From the NCBI GenBank assembly GCA_963777155.1, contig CAVZPM010000031.1, forward strand, positions 1-64,000: a stretch of 64,000 bases of DNA. Reading direction: 5' to 3'. The stretch's first letter is position 1, and the number at the start of each line of letters is the position of its first letter. The notes beneath the pieces are model-generated. The model searched no databases. It had not been told where the DNA came from and worked only from the letters and a program-made list of their open reading frames with translations. The position numbers and the translations under genes are program-made. This DNA comes from Candidatus Bathyarchaeota archaeon. Its GTDB lineage: Archaea; Thermoproteota; Bathyarchaeia; Bathyarchaeales; Bathycorpusculaceae. Positions 22,138 to 31,465 of this stretch are shown in pieces.

Positions 22138-23154
22138 TTACGAGTTGAAACCGAATTGCGTTAGTAACGTTTGTCCTTGGATGCTGGACCAGTAATCCAT
22201 GAATTTTTGGGCTAATGCTGATTGAGTTGTTTGCTGAACGACGCCTATGCCGTATGTGCCTTTGGTGTTTACGTCTGCTGGGATTGGCATGAACTGCACT
22301 TGGGCGCTTGTCATGTTACCCCAGACTGCGTCAGAGACAAACACGATGCCTGCGTCGGCGGTGCCTACGTTAAGCGATACTGCTCCTACGACTTGTTCAA
22401 CGGTTAATTGGTAGTTAACTACGTTTGCATGCACGGTGGCGTTGTAGTTTATGTAAGAGCCGTTAATGACATATGCCGCGTTGCCTACTTTGCCCCATGT
22501 TTGATCGATTTTCCAGCATGTTGTATTGGTGTAAGAACCTGAAGGAATCATCGGGTCAGCGAACACCAATTTTACTCCAGACTTAGCTAAATCTGCAAGC
22601 GATGTTATGGCTTTGGGATTACCCTGCGCAATTATCACAGAGAGGCTGTTTGTGGTGAAGTTCACGTAGTTGCTGTCGCCGTAGAGGAGTCCTGCCGTGC
22701 TTAGTTGTTTCGTCCATTTTTGGTCTGCGGACATGAAAACGTCGCACGGCGCGCCTGAGGTGATTTGGGTGTAGAGTGCGCTTGATGAGTCAGAGTTGAT
22801 TATTAGGTTGCAGTTGTTTGCTTGTTCGAATGCTTGTGTCATGTTGGCTACGACATGGACTAAGCTTGATGCTATGTCCACTCTAAGATCTTTTGGTACT
22901 GGTGTTGGGCTTGGTGAAGCTGTAGGAGCAGATGTTATAACAGGTGTTGGTGAGGCTGTGGGTCTTACTGTCGTTTTTATCGTTGGTGAGGGTTTCGGTG
23001 TAGGTGTTGGGGAAACTGTTGGTGACGGTGAAGGTGTGGGCGTTGGTGTAGTCGTAGTGTTTGGGGAGGATGTTCCGTTGTATAGGAGATAGCCTGCTGC
23101 TGAAGCTAAGACTATGATTATTACCAATGCTGTGGCGATGAATTTGTTAATCAT
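22138..23154 (-). CDS. modA: Molybdate-binding protein with TM anchor and P/T/S-rich linker
   Basis: ASSL, SSALYTQI, DVFMSA, DAGIVFVSD. Confidence 0.9.
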   Translation of the reverse strand: MINKFIATALVIIIVLASAAGYLLYNGTSSPNTTTTPTPTPSPSPTVSPTPTPKPSPTIKTTVRPTASPTPVITSAPTASPSPTPVPKDLRVDIASSLVHVVANMTQAFEQANNCNLIINSDSSSALYTQITSGAPCDVFMSADQKWTKQLSTAGLLYGDSNYVNFTTNSLSVIIAQGNPKAITSLADLAKSGVKLVFADPMIPSGSYTNTTCWKIDQTWGKVGNAAYVINGSYINYNATVHANVVNYQLTVEQVVGAVSLNVGTADAGIVFVSDAVWGNMTSAQVQFMPIPADVNTKGTYGIGVVQQTTQSALAQKFMDYWSSIQGQTLLTQFGFNS

Positions 23155-23166
23155 TTAAACCCTTTT

Positions 23167-23190
23167 CGATGTTATCAGTCAGTAATATCG
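23167..23190. promoter_or_regulatory. Putative ModE operator upstream of modA (CGATGT-N12-ATATCG)
   Basis: Near-perfect inverted repeat TTTCGATGTTA-N8-TAATATCGAAA (23164-23193) between TATA box and modA start. Confidence 0.65.
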
Positions 23191-23298
23191 AAATGTATAA
23201 ACATTTCTCAAACAAAAACAACCAACCATCAAGAAAAACAAAAAATACCATCAAGATGCTGTTCCAAAAATTTTCGAACAAAAACTAAGCTGCTTGAC

Positions 23299-23628
23299 TC
23301 AAGGCAACTTTTTTAAAATACAATCAAGCTCTGCTTGAGCGTTACGATACCGCTTAACCAAATTCCTGCCAAAATCTGTAACCTGCGAAGAACCGCCGCC
23401 CTTTGCACCGCCACGAACTCGCGTAACAAGCGGTTCACTCAAACGCTCCTCAGCTAAAGTTAGCCTATGCAAGGCATACCGATAGGACATCTCTAATTGG
23501 TTGGCAGCTTCCAAGATGGAGTGGTGGCTGTCTATTTCTTCTATTAGTTCTGCTAGGCCATTTCCAAAGACGGATTCACCTTTTTTGTTTACCATCCAAA
23601 GTTTGGTTTCATATCGGAGGGTTGGCAT
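23299..23628 (-). CDS. modE: ModE-family transcription regulator (HTH only)
   Basis: FGNG..LIEEI...SILEAA..LEMSYR, RGGAKGGGS; adjacent to modABC. Confidence 0.88.
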   Translation of the reverse strand: MPTLRYETKLWMVNKKGESVFGNGLAELIEEIDSHHSILEAANQLEMSYRYALHRLTLAEERLSEPLVTRVRGGAKGGGSSQVTDFGRNLVKRYRNAQAELDCILKKLP

Positions 23629-23703
23629 GTTAATCGTTTCATTTAATGGAGTGTGGGGAATTAAGTATAGTGTTCGTTTGGGTTTTTGTGCTTGTTTGTT
23701 TTA

Positions 23704-23727
23704 CGTTGTGTTTATGTGGACATAACG
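23704..23727. promoter_or_regulatory. Second putative ModE-type box (CGTTGT-N12-ATAACG) in the modE/nfnA divergent region
   Basis: Same 24-bp geometry as the modA site. Confidence 0.5.
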
Positions 23728-23807
23728 CACAAGCTTTTAATAGTATATACAGTATATACGACACATGCCAATACATACTGCGTAAGTTTGGGGGAGGCAG
23801 CAAAAAG

Positions 23808-24689
23808 TTGCTAAAGCACATTAAAGAAATAGACAAAACCCAAGGAACCATAGTGGAAAAACAACAAGTCAACCCTGTGACCAAAAAAATTACCCTCTAC
23901 GCCCCTATCATAGCAGCAAAAGCCAAAGCAGGACAATTCGTAATACTAAAAGTACACTCGGACAGCGAACGAATACCCCTAACCCTATCATCCTGGGATA
24001 AAAAGCAAGGCACAATCACAAATATATTCCAAGAAATAGGGTACTCAACAACCGAACTGGGGTCTCTCCAAGTAGGAGAAAAAATCCTGAACGTAGCAGG
24101 TCCTTTAGGAAACCCAAGTGAAATTAAAAATTTTGGGGTTGCTGCCGTCGTATGTGGAGGACTCGGCACAGCAGTAGCTTATCCAGTTGCTAAAGCGCTT
24201 AAGGAAGCTGGAAACAAGGTCATATCCATAATGGGTGCAAGAACCAAAGAACTATTCATATTAGAAGATGAAATGAGAGTGGTCTCTGATGAAGTATTTT
24301 TCACATCAGATGACGGCTCAAAGGGTCAAAAAGGATTCGTAAGCGACATTTTGAAGTCGTTAATCGCTAAAAACTACAACTTTGATATAGTTTTCGCAAT
24401 CGGACCCCCAATAATGATGAGTGTAATAGCAGACATTACCCGTCAATACGGCTTAAAAACAATCGCCAGCCTCAACCCAATAATGGTTGACGGTATGGGC
24501 ATGTGCGGAGCCTGCCGAGTCACCATCGGAGACAAAGTTAAGTTTGCATGTGTAGACGGTCCCGAGTTTGACGCTCACCAAGTTAACTTCAAAGAGTTAA
24601 TGCAGCGGCTAAAAAGTTACTGTACGGAGGAAAAACATATTTTGACAGTTCAAAAACCCGGAGGTACTTGTCAGTGTCACGGTCAGTAA
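23808..24689 (+). CDS. nfnA: NfnA/SudB-type FAD/NAD-binding [2Fe-2S] subunit
   Basis: GQFVIL..ERIPLT, GPLG, DGMGMCGACRV..CVDGPEF; TTG start after GGAGG. Confidence 0.88.
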   Translation: MLKHIKEIDKTQGTIVEKQQVNPVTKKITLYAPIIAAKAKAGQFVILKVHSDSERIPLTLSSWDKKQGTITNIFQEIGYSTTELGSLQVGEKILNVAGPLGNPSEIKNFGVAAVVCGGLGTAVAYPVAKALKEAGNKVISIMGARTKELFILEDEMRVVSDEVFFTSDDGSKGQKGFVSDILKSLIAKNYNFDIVFAIGPPIMMSVIADITRQYGLKTIASLNPIMVDGMGMCGACRVTIGDKVKFACVDGPEFDAHQVNFKELMQRLKSYCTEEKHILTVQKPGGTCQCHGQ

Positions 24690-26140
24690 AAGAGGAAGCT
24701 AGACCTCATAATAGGTTTAGGGCAATTGAAGCAGCAAAACAAGAACCTTCCGCACGAGTAAAGAATTTCGGGGAAGTTGTTTTAGGTTACACGGAAGAGC
24801 AAGCAATAGCTGAAGCTTCCAGATGCTTAAACTGTCCAAACCCCAATTGTGTTGGCGGTTGCCCAGTAGGCGTTAACATCCCTGCGTTTATTTCCTGTAT
24901 CAAAGAAAGAAAATATCAGGAAGCCATCTCAAAAATTAAAGAGAAAAACAGTCTTCCCGCCATATGTGGGCGAGTTTGCCCTCAGGAAGAACAATGCCAA
25001 AAAAACTGTATAATGGGCAGAAAAGGCGAATCAATCTCGGTTGGACGGCTTGAACGGTTTGTCGCTGACCTTGAACACGAGAAAGGCATGGTGGCTAAAC
25101 TGGCTGAGGCGTGGAACGGTAGAAAAGTAGCTGTGGTGGGTGCGGGTCCAGCAGGGTTAACCGTAGCAGCGGACTTGGCCAAATTGGGGTATCATGTGGT
25201 TATTTTTGAGGCTCTTCATCTTGCAGGAGGCGTATTGGTTTATGGTATTCCAGAGTTTAGATTGCCCAAACGCATTGTTCAAGCAGAAGTTGATTACATA
25301 AAACGGTTAGGTGTGGAATTGCAGACCGATTCTTTGATAGGTAGACTCTATACTATTCCCGAGTTGTTAGCACAGGGTTTTGATGCAATCTTTGTGGGCA
25401 CAGGCGCTGGTTTGCCGAAGTTTATGGGTATATCTGGCGAAAACCTCTGTGGAATTTACTCAGCTAACGAGTTTTTAATACGCGTCAATCTTATGAAGTC
25501 CTATCAGTTTCCAAAATCCAAAACACCTATCCACATGGGCAAGAAAGTGGTAGTCATCGGCGGCGGCAACGTAGCGTTGGATTCTGCACGCTGTGCAATA
25601 CGGTTAGGCGCGGAAAGCGTTTCGATTGTTTATCGACGCTCTCGTGAAGAAATGCCAGCTAGAGAGGAAGAAATTAGCAACGCTGAGGAAGAGGGAATAC
25701 AATTCAAGTTCCTTGCTGCACCAACAAAGTTCATAGCTGATGATCATGGACAAGTTAAAGCAATGGAATATGTAACGATGAAACTAACAGAGCCAGACGC
25801 GACGGGCAGAAGCAAACCTGTTCCAATCAAAAGTTCAGAAACCATAGTAGATGTTGACATTGTTATTGTTGCCATTGGACGTACGCCTAACCCAATTATT
25901 CAAAGCACAACTGAAGGGCTAAAAACACTAGTTGGTGGAATAATCGACGTCGATAAAGGGACGGGCTTAACCAGTTTGGAAGCGGTTTACGCTGGCGGCG
26001 ACATAGCTACAGGCGAATCAACAGTTATTAGCGCAATGGGGTCAGGAAAAATAGCTGCTAAAAGCATAAACACCTACCTCAACAATAAAAAAGAGAAATT
26101 GCTATTGATGCATTCTGCCAAAGCAACTAAACCGATGTAA
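24668..26140 (+). CDS. nfnB: NfnB/SudA-type (GltD-like) subunit of NADH-dependent ferredoxin:NADP+ oxidoreductase
   Basis: EASRCLNC..CP, CGRVCPQEEQC, GAGPAG, GGGNVA, AGGD. Confidence 0.88.
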   Translation: MSVSRSVKEEARPHNRFRAIEAAKQEPSARVKNFGEVVLGYTEEQAIAEASRCLNCPNPNCVGGCPVGVNIPAFISCIKERKYQEAISKIKEKNSLPAICGRVCPQEEQCQKNCIMGRKGESISVGRLERFVADLEHEKGMVAKLAEAWNGRKVAVVGAGPAGLTVAADLAKLGYHVVIFEALHLAGGVLVYGIPEFRLPKRIVQAEVDYIKRLGVELQTDSLIGRLYTIPELLAQGFDAIFVGTGAGLPKFMGISGENLCGIYSANEFLIRVNLMKSYQFPKSKTPIHMGKKVVVIGGGNVALDSARCAIRLGAESVSIVYRRSREEMPAREEEISNAEEEGIQFKFLAAPTKFIADDHGQVKAMEYVTMKLTEPDATGRSKPVPIKSSETIVDVDIVIVAIGRTPNPIIQSTTEGLKTLVGGIIDVDKGTGLTSLEAVYAGGDIATGESTVISAMGSGKIAAKSINTYLNNKKEKLLLMHSAKATKPM

Positions 26141-26149
26141 CTCGCTTTT

Positions 26150-27190
26150 TTATTCTTCGTTTAAGCCGCTTGAATCTGGATTTGCTACTTTAAAAGCGCG
26201 GTTTACCGTCATCTCAGCCATGGCAAAAGCGCAATGACAAATTCTTTTTATATCATCTCGTGTTGAACAGATGCCGCAGACTAAATCCGCGCTCTTTGGT
26301 TGTCCAGTGAAGGATTTTGTAGCTATTTCAACTTCGGCTTTGTCCATTTTTTGCCGATACTTCATTATCTCGACTGCTCCAATCACATCCTTCGAGAAGA
26401 AAGCCCCAATTCCTTTAGTGTAGAGGTCTAAAACTTCTTTGCCTGTTGTAATCATAATCTGCAAGACGTCAGCAGGAATCTTTTGTTTCGCACCGTTAAG
26501 CATGATAATGTGCTTTGCGATGTCGGCGGCATAATCTGCAGCGTATTCCATTCGGTAAACCAGAATTTGGTGGTCCATACAGTCAAGGGGGTCAACATGC
26601 AATTCATTGGCTAAGATAGGATCTTGGGCGGCGTTACGTAGAATTCTTAGGATAAAAAAAGCAAAGTGGTCTACATCTTCATCTAGCGTCATCACTGATT
26701 TTGCCAGTTCAATATCGCCGCTTTGAAGCGAGTTAATGGCTCCTTCAACCATCGAAGACGAGATAAGATGCATGCGCTGGATTGCCTGTTCAAGGGAGGC
26801 TTTTGATTCGTCCATAAGACTTTGGATGTAGACGCATTTTGAGTCTGCTTCCATAACTCTCATATAGAGTCTTCCTGCCATACGGCGGATTGTCTTTGTC
26901 TGAGTAACTGAAAAAATCTTATCGGATGTTAGAATTATGCCTGAATAACCGTTGAGGAAGGCTCCTAGTATCTTTTGGCTTATGAGGAGGTCTTCTTCGT
27001 TTTGTCCCACGCTAAGTGTAATTTCTTTAGGTTCAGATTTTTTGAGTGCGGGGTGAACTACTAATGAGCGGTCGCGTTGGATGTTGAATGAGACAGAGTC
27101 GCCTTTTTCCAAGTTGTTTAGTTGCATCCATTCTTTTGGAAGGGATATAACTAGAGAGGATTTGCCTAAGGACATGATTTTTCGTTCCAT
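26150..27190 (-). CDS. AbrB-PhoU family regulator
   Basis: N-terminal RKIMSLGKSSLVISLPKEW (AbrB-like) plus two PhoU-like repeats (LDEDVD, EYAADYAADIA). Confidence 0.88.
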   Translation of the reverse strand: MERKIMSLGKSSLVISLPKEWMQLNNLEKGDSVSFNIQRDRSLVVHPALKKSEPKEITLSVGQNEEDLLISQKILGAFLNGYSGIILTSDKIFSVTQTKTIRRMAGRLYMRVMEADSKCVYIQSLMDESKASLEQAIQRMHLISSSMVEGAINSLQSGDIELAKSVMTLDEDVDHFAFFILRILRNAAQDPILANELHVDPLDCMDHQILVYRMEYAADYAADIAKHIIMLNGAKQKIPADVLQIMITTGKEVLDLYTKGIGAFFSKDVIGAVEIMKYRQKMDKAEVEIATKSFTGQPKSADLVCGICSTRDDIKRICHCAFAMAEMTVNRAFKVANPDSSGLNEE

Positions 27191-27327
27191 ACTTTTTCCC
27201 TGTTACTTGGATAGTATTAACAAGTTAATACGAGCTGTAGTCAATATATATTATACTGGAAAAAACAGTCTGCACTCATTTAAGGTACAATAACAGGTCA
27301 GGTCAACTAGGCATCTATTCTTAAACA

Positions 27328-28374
27328 TTAAGCCTCGAAAACTTTCGCGTTCTTGAGCACACTAACGTTACCCTTGCCTTTTGTTACATACCCGACTTCG
27401 AAGTGACTGACTTTCCGCTTGTCTAGTTCACTTAGTAAATCATCAACGTTCTCTTTGTCAACTGCAATAAGCATTCCACCTGCCGTTTCCTTTGCTTCAC
27501 CCTGTAGCAGAGGATAACCGAAAATTTCTGTCAATATAGGCGTACCACGAATAACCGCCAATTGATCAATAACGATATCGACATTGCTCAGAACCGCCAT
27601 GTTACCAGCGTGGCCTTTCAATCCGAAACCCGTCACGTCTGTGGCTGCGTGCACAGGTACTTTCTGCATAGCTTCGGCGACAGGTTTGTTTGAGGTAATC
27701 ATTCCTTCAATGGCTTCAGCGACAGCCGTCTCAACCAAATCCTCTGGTACCTCTTTGAGAAGTTCTCTGCCTTCCTCTTCCTTACGTAAGCGGTAAGCAG
27801 CCATCGCAGGCGCAATCCCAAGCGGCTTAGTCAAAAACAGCCTATCACCAACCTGTGCACCCTTAGTGTAAATAATTTTCCTTATTTCACTAACACCCGT
27901 TGCTGCACCACCAATGATTGGCCAAGGATTCCGAATCGTGTGCCCACCAACTACGGGTGCCCCCATTTCGCGGCAGAAATCACCAAACCCCTTAAGCATC
28001 CCAACAGCCAACTCGTCGGGCATATTCTCAGGAAATGCCATGATCGACAAAACACTGACAATGTCTGTTACGGCTAAAGCGTAGATATCGCTTGTCACGT
28101 TGCTACCGGCGATTCTGCCTTGAATTTCTGGTTCATCAACAATGGGTGTGAAAAAATCAAGTGTATTGAGAACCGCAAGGTTGCTGGTAATTTTTACAAC
28201 GCTGGAGTTTTCCCATGGTCCAGCCAATATATCCTCACTAAAAGTCTCTGTTAAACCTGCCTTATCGAGCAATCCACCTAACTGGTACTGCGGGAGTTTG
28301 CAACTGCAACCGTGAACTGGAACAGCTTTTGTCAATCTGTAATTCAAATTTAGTTTGCCTCCAACTGTCGACAT
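27328..28374 (-). CDS. selD: Selenophosphate synthetase SelD family (Cys form)
   Basis: RLT...HGCSCKLP, DFFTPIVD, SDIYA, GGHT, LTKPLG, ATDVTGFGL.GH, ETAGG; start at 28374 (ATG) or 28347 (TTG). Confidence 0.92.
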   Translation of the reverse strand: MSTVGGKLNLNYRLTKAVPVHGCSCKLPQYQLGGLLDKAGLTETFSEDILAGPWENSSVVKITSNLAVLNTLDFFTPIVDEPEIQGRIAGSNVTSDIYALAVTDIVSVLSIMAFPENMPDELAVGMLKGFGDFCREMGAPVVGGHTIRNPWPIIGGAATGVSEIRKIIYTKGAQVGDRLFLTKPLGIAPAMAAYRLRKEEEGRELLKEVPEDLVETAVAEAIEGMITSNKPVAEAMQKVPVHAATDVTGFGLKGHAGNMAVLSNVDIVIDQLAVIRGTPILTEIFGYPLLQGEAKETAGGMLIAVDKENVDDLLSELDKRKVSHFEVGYVTKGKGNVSVLKNAKVFEA

Positions 28375-28447
28375 TATTCCCAAGAGCACATGGGAATTAA
28401 AGGTATAAAAATATTCAAATCTAAAAAAAGGGAAAAAATAGAGTTGG

Positions 28448-29737
28448 TCATTTTCTTTTTGCCTGTATGATTTCAAGAAACGCTTCAATTCTGGTTTTTA
28501 TCTGCTCAGAATCACCCATTGCATAGTCCGTTTCAATCTTTAGCATCGGCAAACCTAACGTCTTCAACGCACGATCCACTTTAACGCCTTCAACGTTGTA
28601 ATCGTGGCAGTTTTGCAGCGTGTAATAGATTACACCTTCCACTTTGAATTGCTTGGCCAAGTCAGTAACGCTCTTTATGCGTGCATCGTTTGGTGTAAAG
28701 CACGCACAGGGAATCTGGCTGTATTTTTCCACCATAGCCCGGAGCAAATCACTCAAGTTATCACCTTTTGGCTCAACCAAATTGGTAAAATACCGTGTGC
28801 CTACGCAACTCTCCTCAACAATCACTGAAGCGCCCGCCGCTTGGGCGATGCTGTGTACTTTCCAGTTAGGAATCGCCATTGGACAACCAGAAATCATAAC
28901 CTTCGGTGCATCTTTAGCTGTGACACCTTCGCCTTTAGCCACGCGCTTGTCGAGTTCGTCGCAGAGTTCGTTGACTTTTGCGGTGAATCGTTTTACGTCG
29001 TCGTTGAAGCTGATTTGGTAAATGAGTAATGCATCTAAACCGCTGATGGGTGATGGGTTGTTTTGGCGTAAGTCGGATAGTCGTTTGAGTGCTTTGCGCT
29101 TATTGTTTATGAGTTCAATTGATTCTTTTAGTTTTTCAGCAGTTATTTTGTTCCCTGTAACTTCTTCAAGTTTAGTTTTGAAGGCTTCAAGTTCTTTGTA
29201 CCAAAATTCTTTGCCTTGTTCTGTATCTGGTTTGTGTGGAACTTCCAAAACATAGGTTGGAATTAACTCGTTCAGGAGCTCGTAAACTTTCTTTTTGCCA
29301 TCACAGGTTGTTTCTCCAACAACAAGGTCGCTTGATTGGAAGTACGGGCAAGTTTTGTTTAGCCTGAAGCCATAGAACGACTTAATTAAGGGGCAAAGAT
29401 TTCTCGGCAAGACTGCTTCTGCATCAGGAACGGAAAAATCCGCGCCTCCACATAATCCAACCATCGTTGCGTCTGCCGCGTATGCGAGTTCTTCTGGTGC
29501 GTAGATGCAGAATGCACCGATGACTTTTTTGCCTTTCATTCTTTGATCGTTGAGTTCTTTAATTCTTAACCCATGGATTTCGGAGACTACAAAGTCAAAG
29601 TAATCCATTTTTTTTGGTCTGTTTTTTTGTGATAAGTAAACTGCTGTGTAGTACTGTCCTAGGATGTTTAGAAGTTGGTTGTGTTTTTCTATGTCCATCC
29701 CCAGGGTTTTCCACATTTCTACATAGTTTTCTGCCAT
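28448..29737 (-). CDS. Double-cubane cluster protein (DCCP; HgdB/2-hydroxyacyl-CoA dehydratase family)
   Basis: FCIYAPEE, GLCGG, NLCPLIKS, GETTCDGKKK, SGCP, EESCVG, CACFTPN, KIETDY, TRIEAF. Confidence 0.85.
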   Translation of the reverse strand: MAENYVEMWKTLGMDIEKHNQLLNILGQYYTAVYLSQKNRPKKMDYFDFVVSEIHGLRIKELNDQRMKGKKVIGAFCIYAPEELAYAADATMVGLCGGADFSVPDAEAVLPRNLCPLIKSFYGFRLNKTCPYFQSSDLVVGETTCDGKKKVYELLNELIPTYVLEVPHKPDTEQGKEFWYKELEAFKTKLEEVTGNKITAEKLKESIELINNKRKALKRLSDLRQNNPSPISGLDALLIYQISFNDDVKRFTAKVNELCDELDKRVAKGEGVTAKDAPKVMISGCPMAIPNWKVHSIAQAAGASVIVEESCVGTRYFTNLVEPKGDNLSDLLRAMVEKYSQIPCACFTPNDARIKSVTDLAKQFKVEGVIYYTLQNCHDYNVEGVKVDRALKTLGLPMLKIETDYAMGDSEQIKTRIEAFLEIIQAKRK

Positions 29738-29779
29738 AGTAGTCACATGCCATTGGGGAGGTTATTGGAAAGTCGTATT

Positions 29780-29816
29780 ATTAAAATTTTTGATAAACAA
29801 TATTAGAAATATTGAT
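29780..29816. promoter_or_regulatory. Tandem LysR-type T-N11-A boxes upstream of the DCCP gene
   Basis: ATTAAAATTTTTGAT (29780-29794) and ATTAGAAATATTGAT (29802-29816), starts 22 bp apart. Confidence 0.5.
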
Positions 29817-29822
29817 GTGTGC

Positions 29823-30056
29823 TTAATGTTTCTTAATTACGACACTAAACTCTGCACCAGACTTAACAGCTTCAACCACTTCATGTCCGTTGTTCTTGAC
29901 CCAACGCTGAACATTATCAAACTCCAACTCCCCCTCGCCAATAACCTCCAACAACTGCCCCACAATCATGCTTGCCAACTTACGCTTAGTAAATGCTACT
30001 GGCAACGGGCACATTTGACCCCTAACATCCAACTTTTCAATTTCCAAAAACGTCAC
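29823..30056 (-). CDS. tusA: TusA/SirA-family sulfur carrier
   Basis: LDVRGQMCPLP (CPxP motif). Confidence 0.9.
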   Translation of the reverse strand: MTFLEIEKLDVRGQMCPLPVAFTKRKLASMIVGQLLEVIGEGELEFDNVQRWVKNNGHEVVEAVKSGAEFSVVIKKH

Positions 30057-30415
30057 TAGAACACTATTACTTTATCACTATTAACTGTCCATTCGACAAG
30101 TTCATGAACGGTCGCGATTTTTACCCCATCAAAGAGGTCAGCCTGGGTCAAGCCACGCGCTTCAACGCAGACTACACAAGCCTTCACTTCGACGCCGCCT
30201 TGAATTAGATTTTCCAGGTTTTGGCCGTAGTTGATTAAGCCTTGGGCAGGTTTTTGGCCTTTTTTCGCGAGGTAGACGCCGTTTTCGAAAAGCCAGATTT
30301 TTACTTTGTGGCCTTCTATGTCGCAAGTTGCGGCGAACCTTAACGCTGACATTGCACGTTCTTTTCCGTATGGAGCTTCATTTATTATTAATGTGAATGT
30401 TACCAGACCGTCCAC
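30056..30415 (-). CDS. DsrE/TusD-family sulfur relay protein
   Basis: INEAPYGKE, LFENGV, ACVVCVEARG; start uncertain. Confidence 0.88.
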   Translation of the reverse strand: MDGLVTFTLIINEAPYGKERAMSALRFAATCDIEGHKVKIWLFENGVYLAKKGQKPAQGLINYGQNLENLIQGGVEVKACVVCVEARGLTQADLFDGVKIATVHELVEWTVNSDKVIVF

Positions 30416-30418
30416 AAC

Positions 30419-30455
30419 CTCAATTTTCCTGATAGGTGTTATTAAAAAAACTAAT
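30419..30455. promoter_or_regulatory. Tandem LysR-type T-N11-A boxes in the dsrE/lysR divergent region
   Basis: CTCAATTTTCCTGAT (30419-30433) and ATTAAAAAAACTAAT (30441-30455), starts 22 bp apart. Confidence 0.5.
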
Positions 30456-30532
30456 TTAAGGCTTTTCCAAACAAAAAGCAAATATCATATAACAAAACCA
30501 TTCTAGAAGCACACAATTAAGGCGCAAAGCAT

Positions 30533-31465
30533 ATGGAAACGATAAGACTCGATTACCTTAACACCTTCCTCACGGTAGCCAGAACTCGTAGCTTCTCAGC
30601 GGCAGCCAAAGAACTCAAAACCAGCCAAGGCACAATCAGCCACCACATAGCATCTTTGGAAACATATTTTGACGCTGAACTATTCAAGCGCACTGCAAAC
30701 GGTGTCGAAGTCACTAATGCAGGAGCAACCATCAAACAAACTGCTGAAAAAATCCTCCAACAAGCTCAGGACGCAAAAACAACAATATCAACTGCTAAAC
30801 TTAGTTTGTCAGGAACAATAAAAATCGCCGCAAGCACTATTCCTGGAGAACATATAATCCCCAGCTTAATTGCTGGATTCCATAAAAAATATCCGGACGT
30901 AAAATTCAAGATAAAAGCTCAGGACAGCCTGGACAGTTTAACTAGCCTGCAAGCTAACGATGCTGATTTTGCGGCAGTAGGTACGCTGCAAGGGGTTGAG
31001 GAAAAATTTGATTTCCTCCAAATTGGCGAGGAACAACTAGTTCTCATTGTACCCTGCAACCACGAGTTATCAAAGCATAAAACATCTAAATTAAAAGAAA
31101 TTCTTGCTTACCCGTTCATTAACCGTGAAGAGACTTCTGGAACAAGAAAAGAAATTGAAGGTTTATTCAAAAGTAACAGCATAAACCCTCAGCAGTTGCC
31201 GGTAGTGTTGGAGCTCGGAAGTACCGAATCGGTGATAACAGCGGTTTCGGAAGGTAGAGGTGTAAGTATTATTTCTTCGATCGCTGCTAAGAAAGCTCAA
31301 TCAGCAAGTCTAATTAGAATAGTTAAAATTGAAGAGGCAAAAAATCCCAGAAAACTCTATATGGTAAGACCAAAAAGACAGCTTCTGAAGACTTTCGAGG
31401 CTTTTTGGGAATTCTGTAAGGATTATAAATTTAAAAATGAAGCTATCTTATGCTCCACTGGTTAG
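30533..31465 (+). CDS. LysR-family regulator (CysL/selenium-metabolism-associated type)
   Basis: SFSAAAKEL..SQGTISHHIASLE HTH; ASTIPGEHIIP, REETSGTR. Confidence 0.92.
   Translation: METIRLDYLNTFLTVARTRSFSAAAKELKTSQGTISHHIASLETYFDAELFKRTANGVEVTNAGATIKQTAEKILQQAQDAKTTISTAKLSLSGTIKIAASTIPGEHIIPSLIAGFHKKYPDVKFKIKAQDSLDSLTSLQANDADFAAVGTLQGVEEKFDFLQIGEEQLVLIVPCNHELSKHKTSKLKEILAYPFINREETSGTRKEIEGLFKSNSINPQQLPVVLELGSTESVITAVSEGRGVSIISSIAAKKAQSASLIRIVKIEEAKNPRKLYMVRPKRQLLKTFEAFWEFCKDYKFKNEAILCSTG

Noticed and set aside
22900-23070. GGTGT/GGTGA-rich repeats as a CRISPR array or DNA repeat
   Set aside because: They encode the P/T/S linker of ModA; there is no repeat-spacer periodicity. No CRISPR array or cas gene was seen in the window.
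24668-26140. Glutamate synthase small subunit as the function
   Set aside because: It is paired with an NfnA/SudB subunit and there is no gltB nearby, so NfnAB/SudAB fits better.
28290-28320. Selenocysteine (UGA) in the SelD active-site motif
   Set aside because: The codons read GGT TGC AGT TGC AAA, so both positions are Cys with no in-frame TGA.
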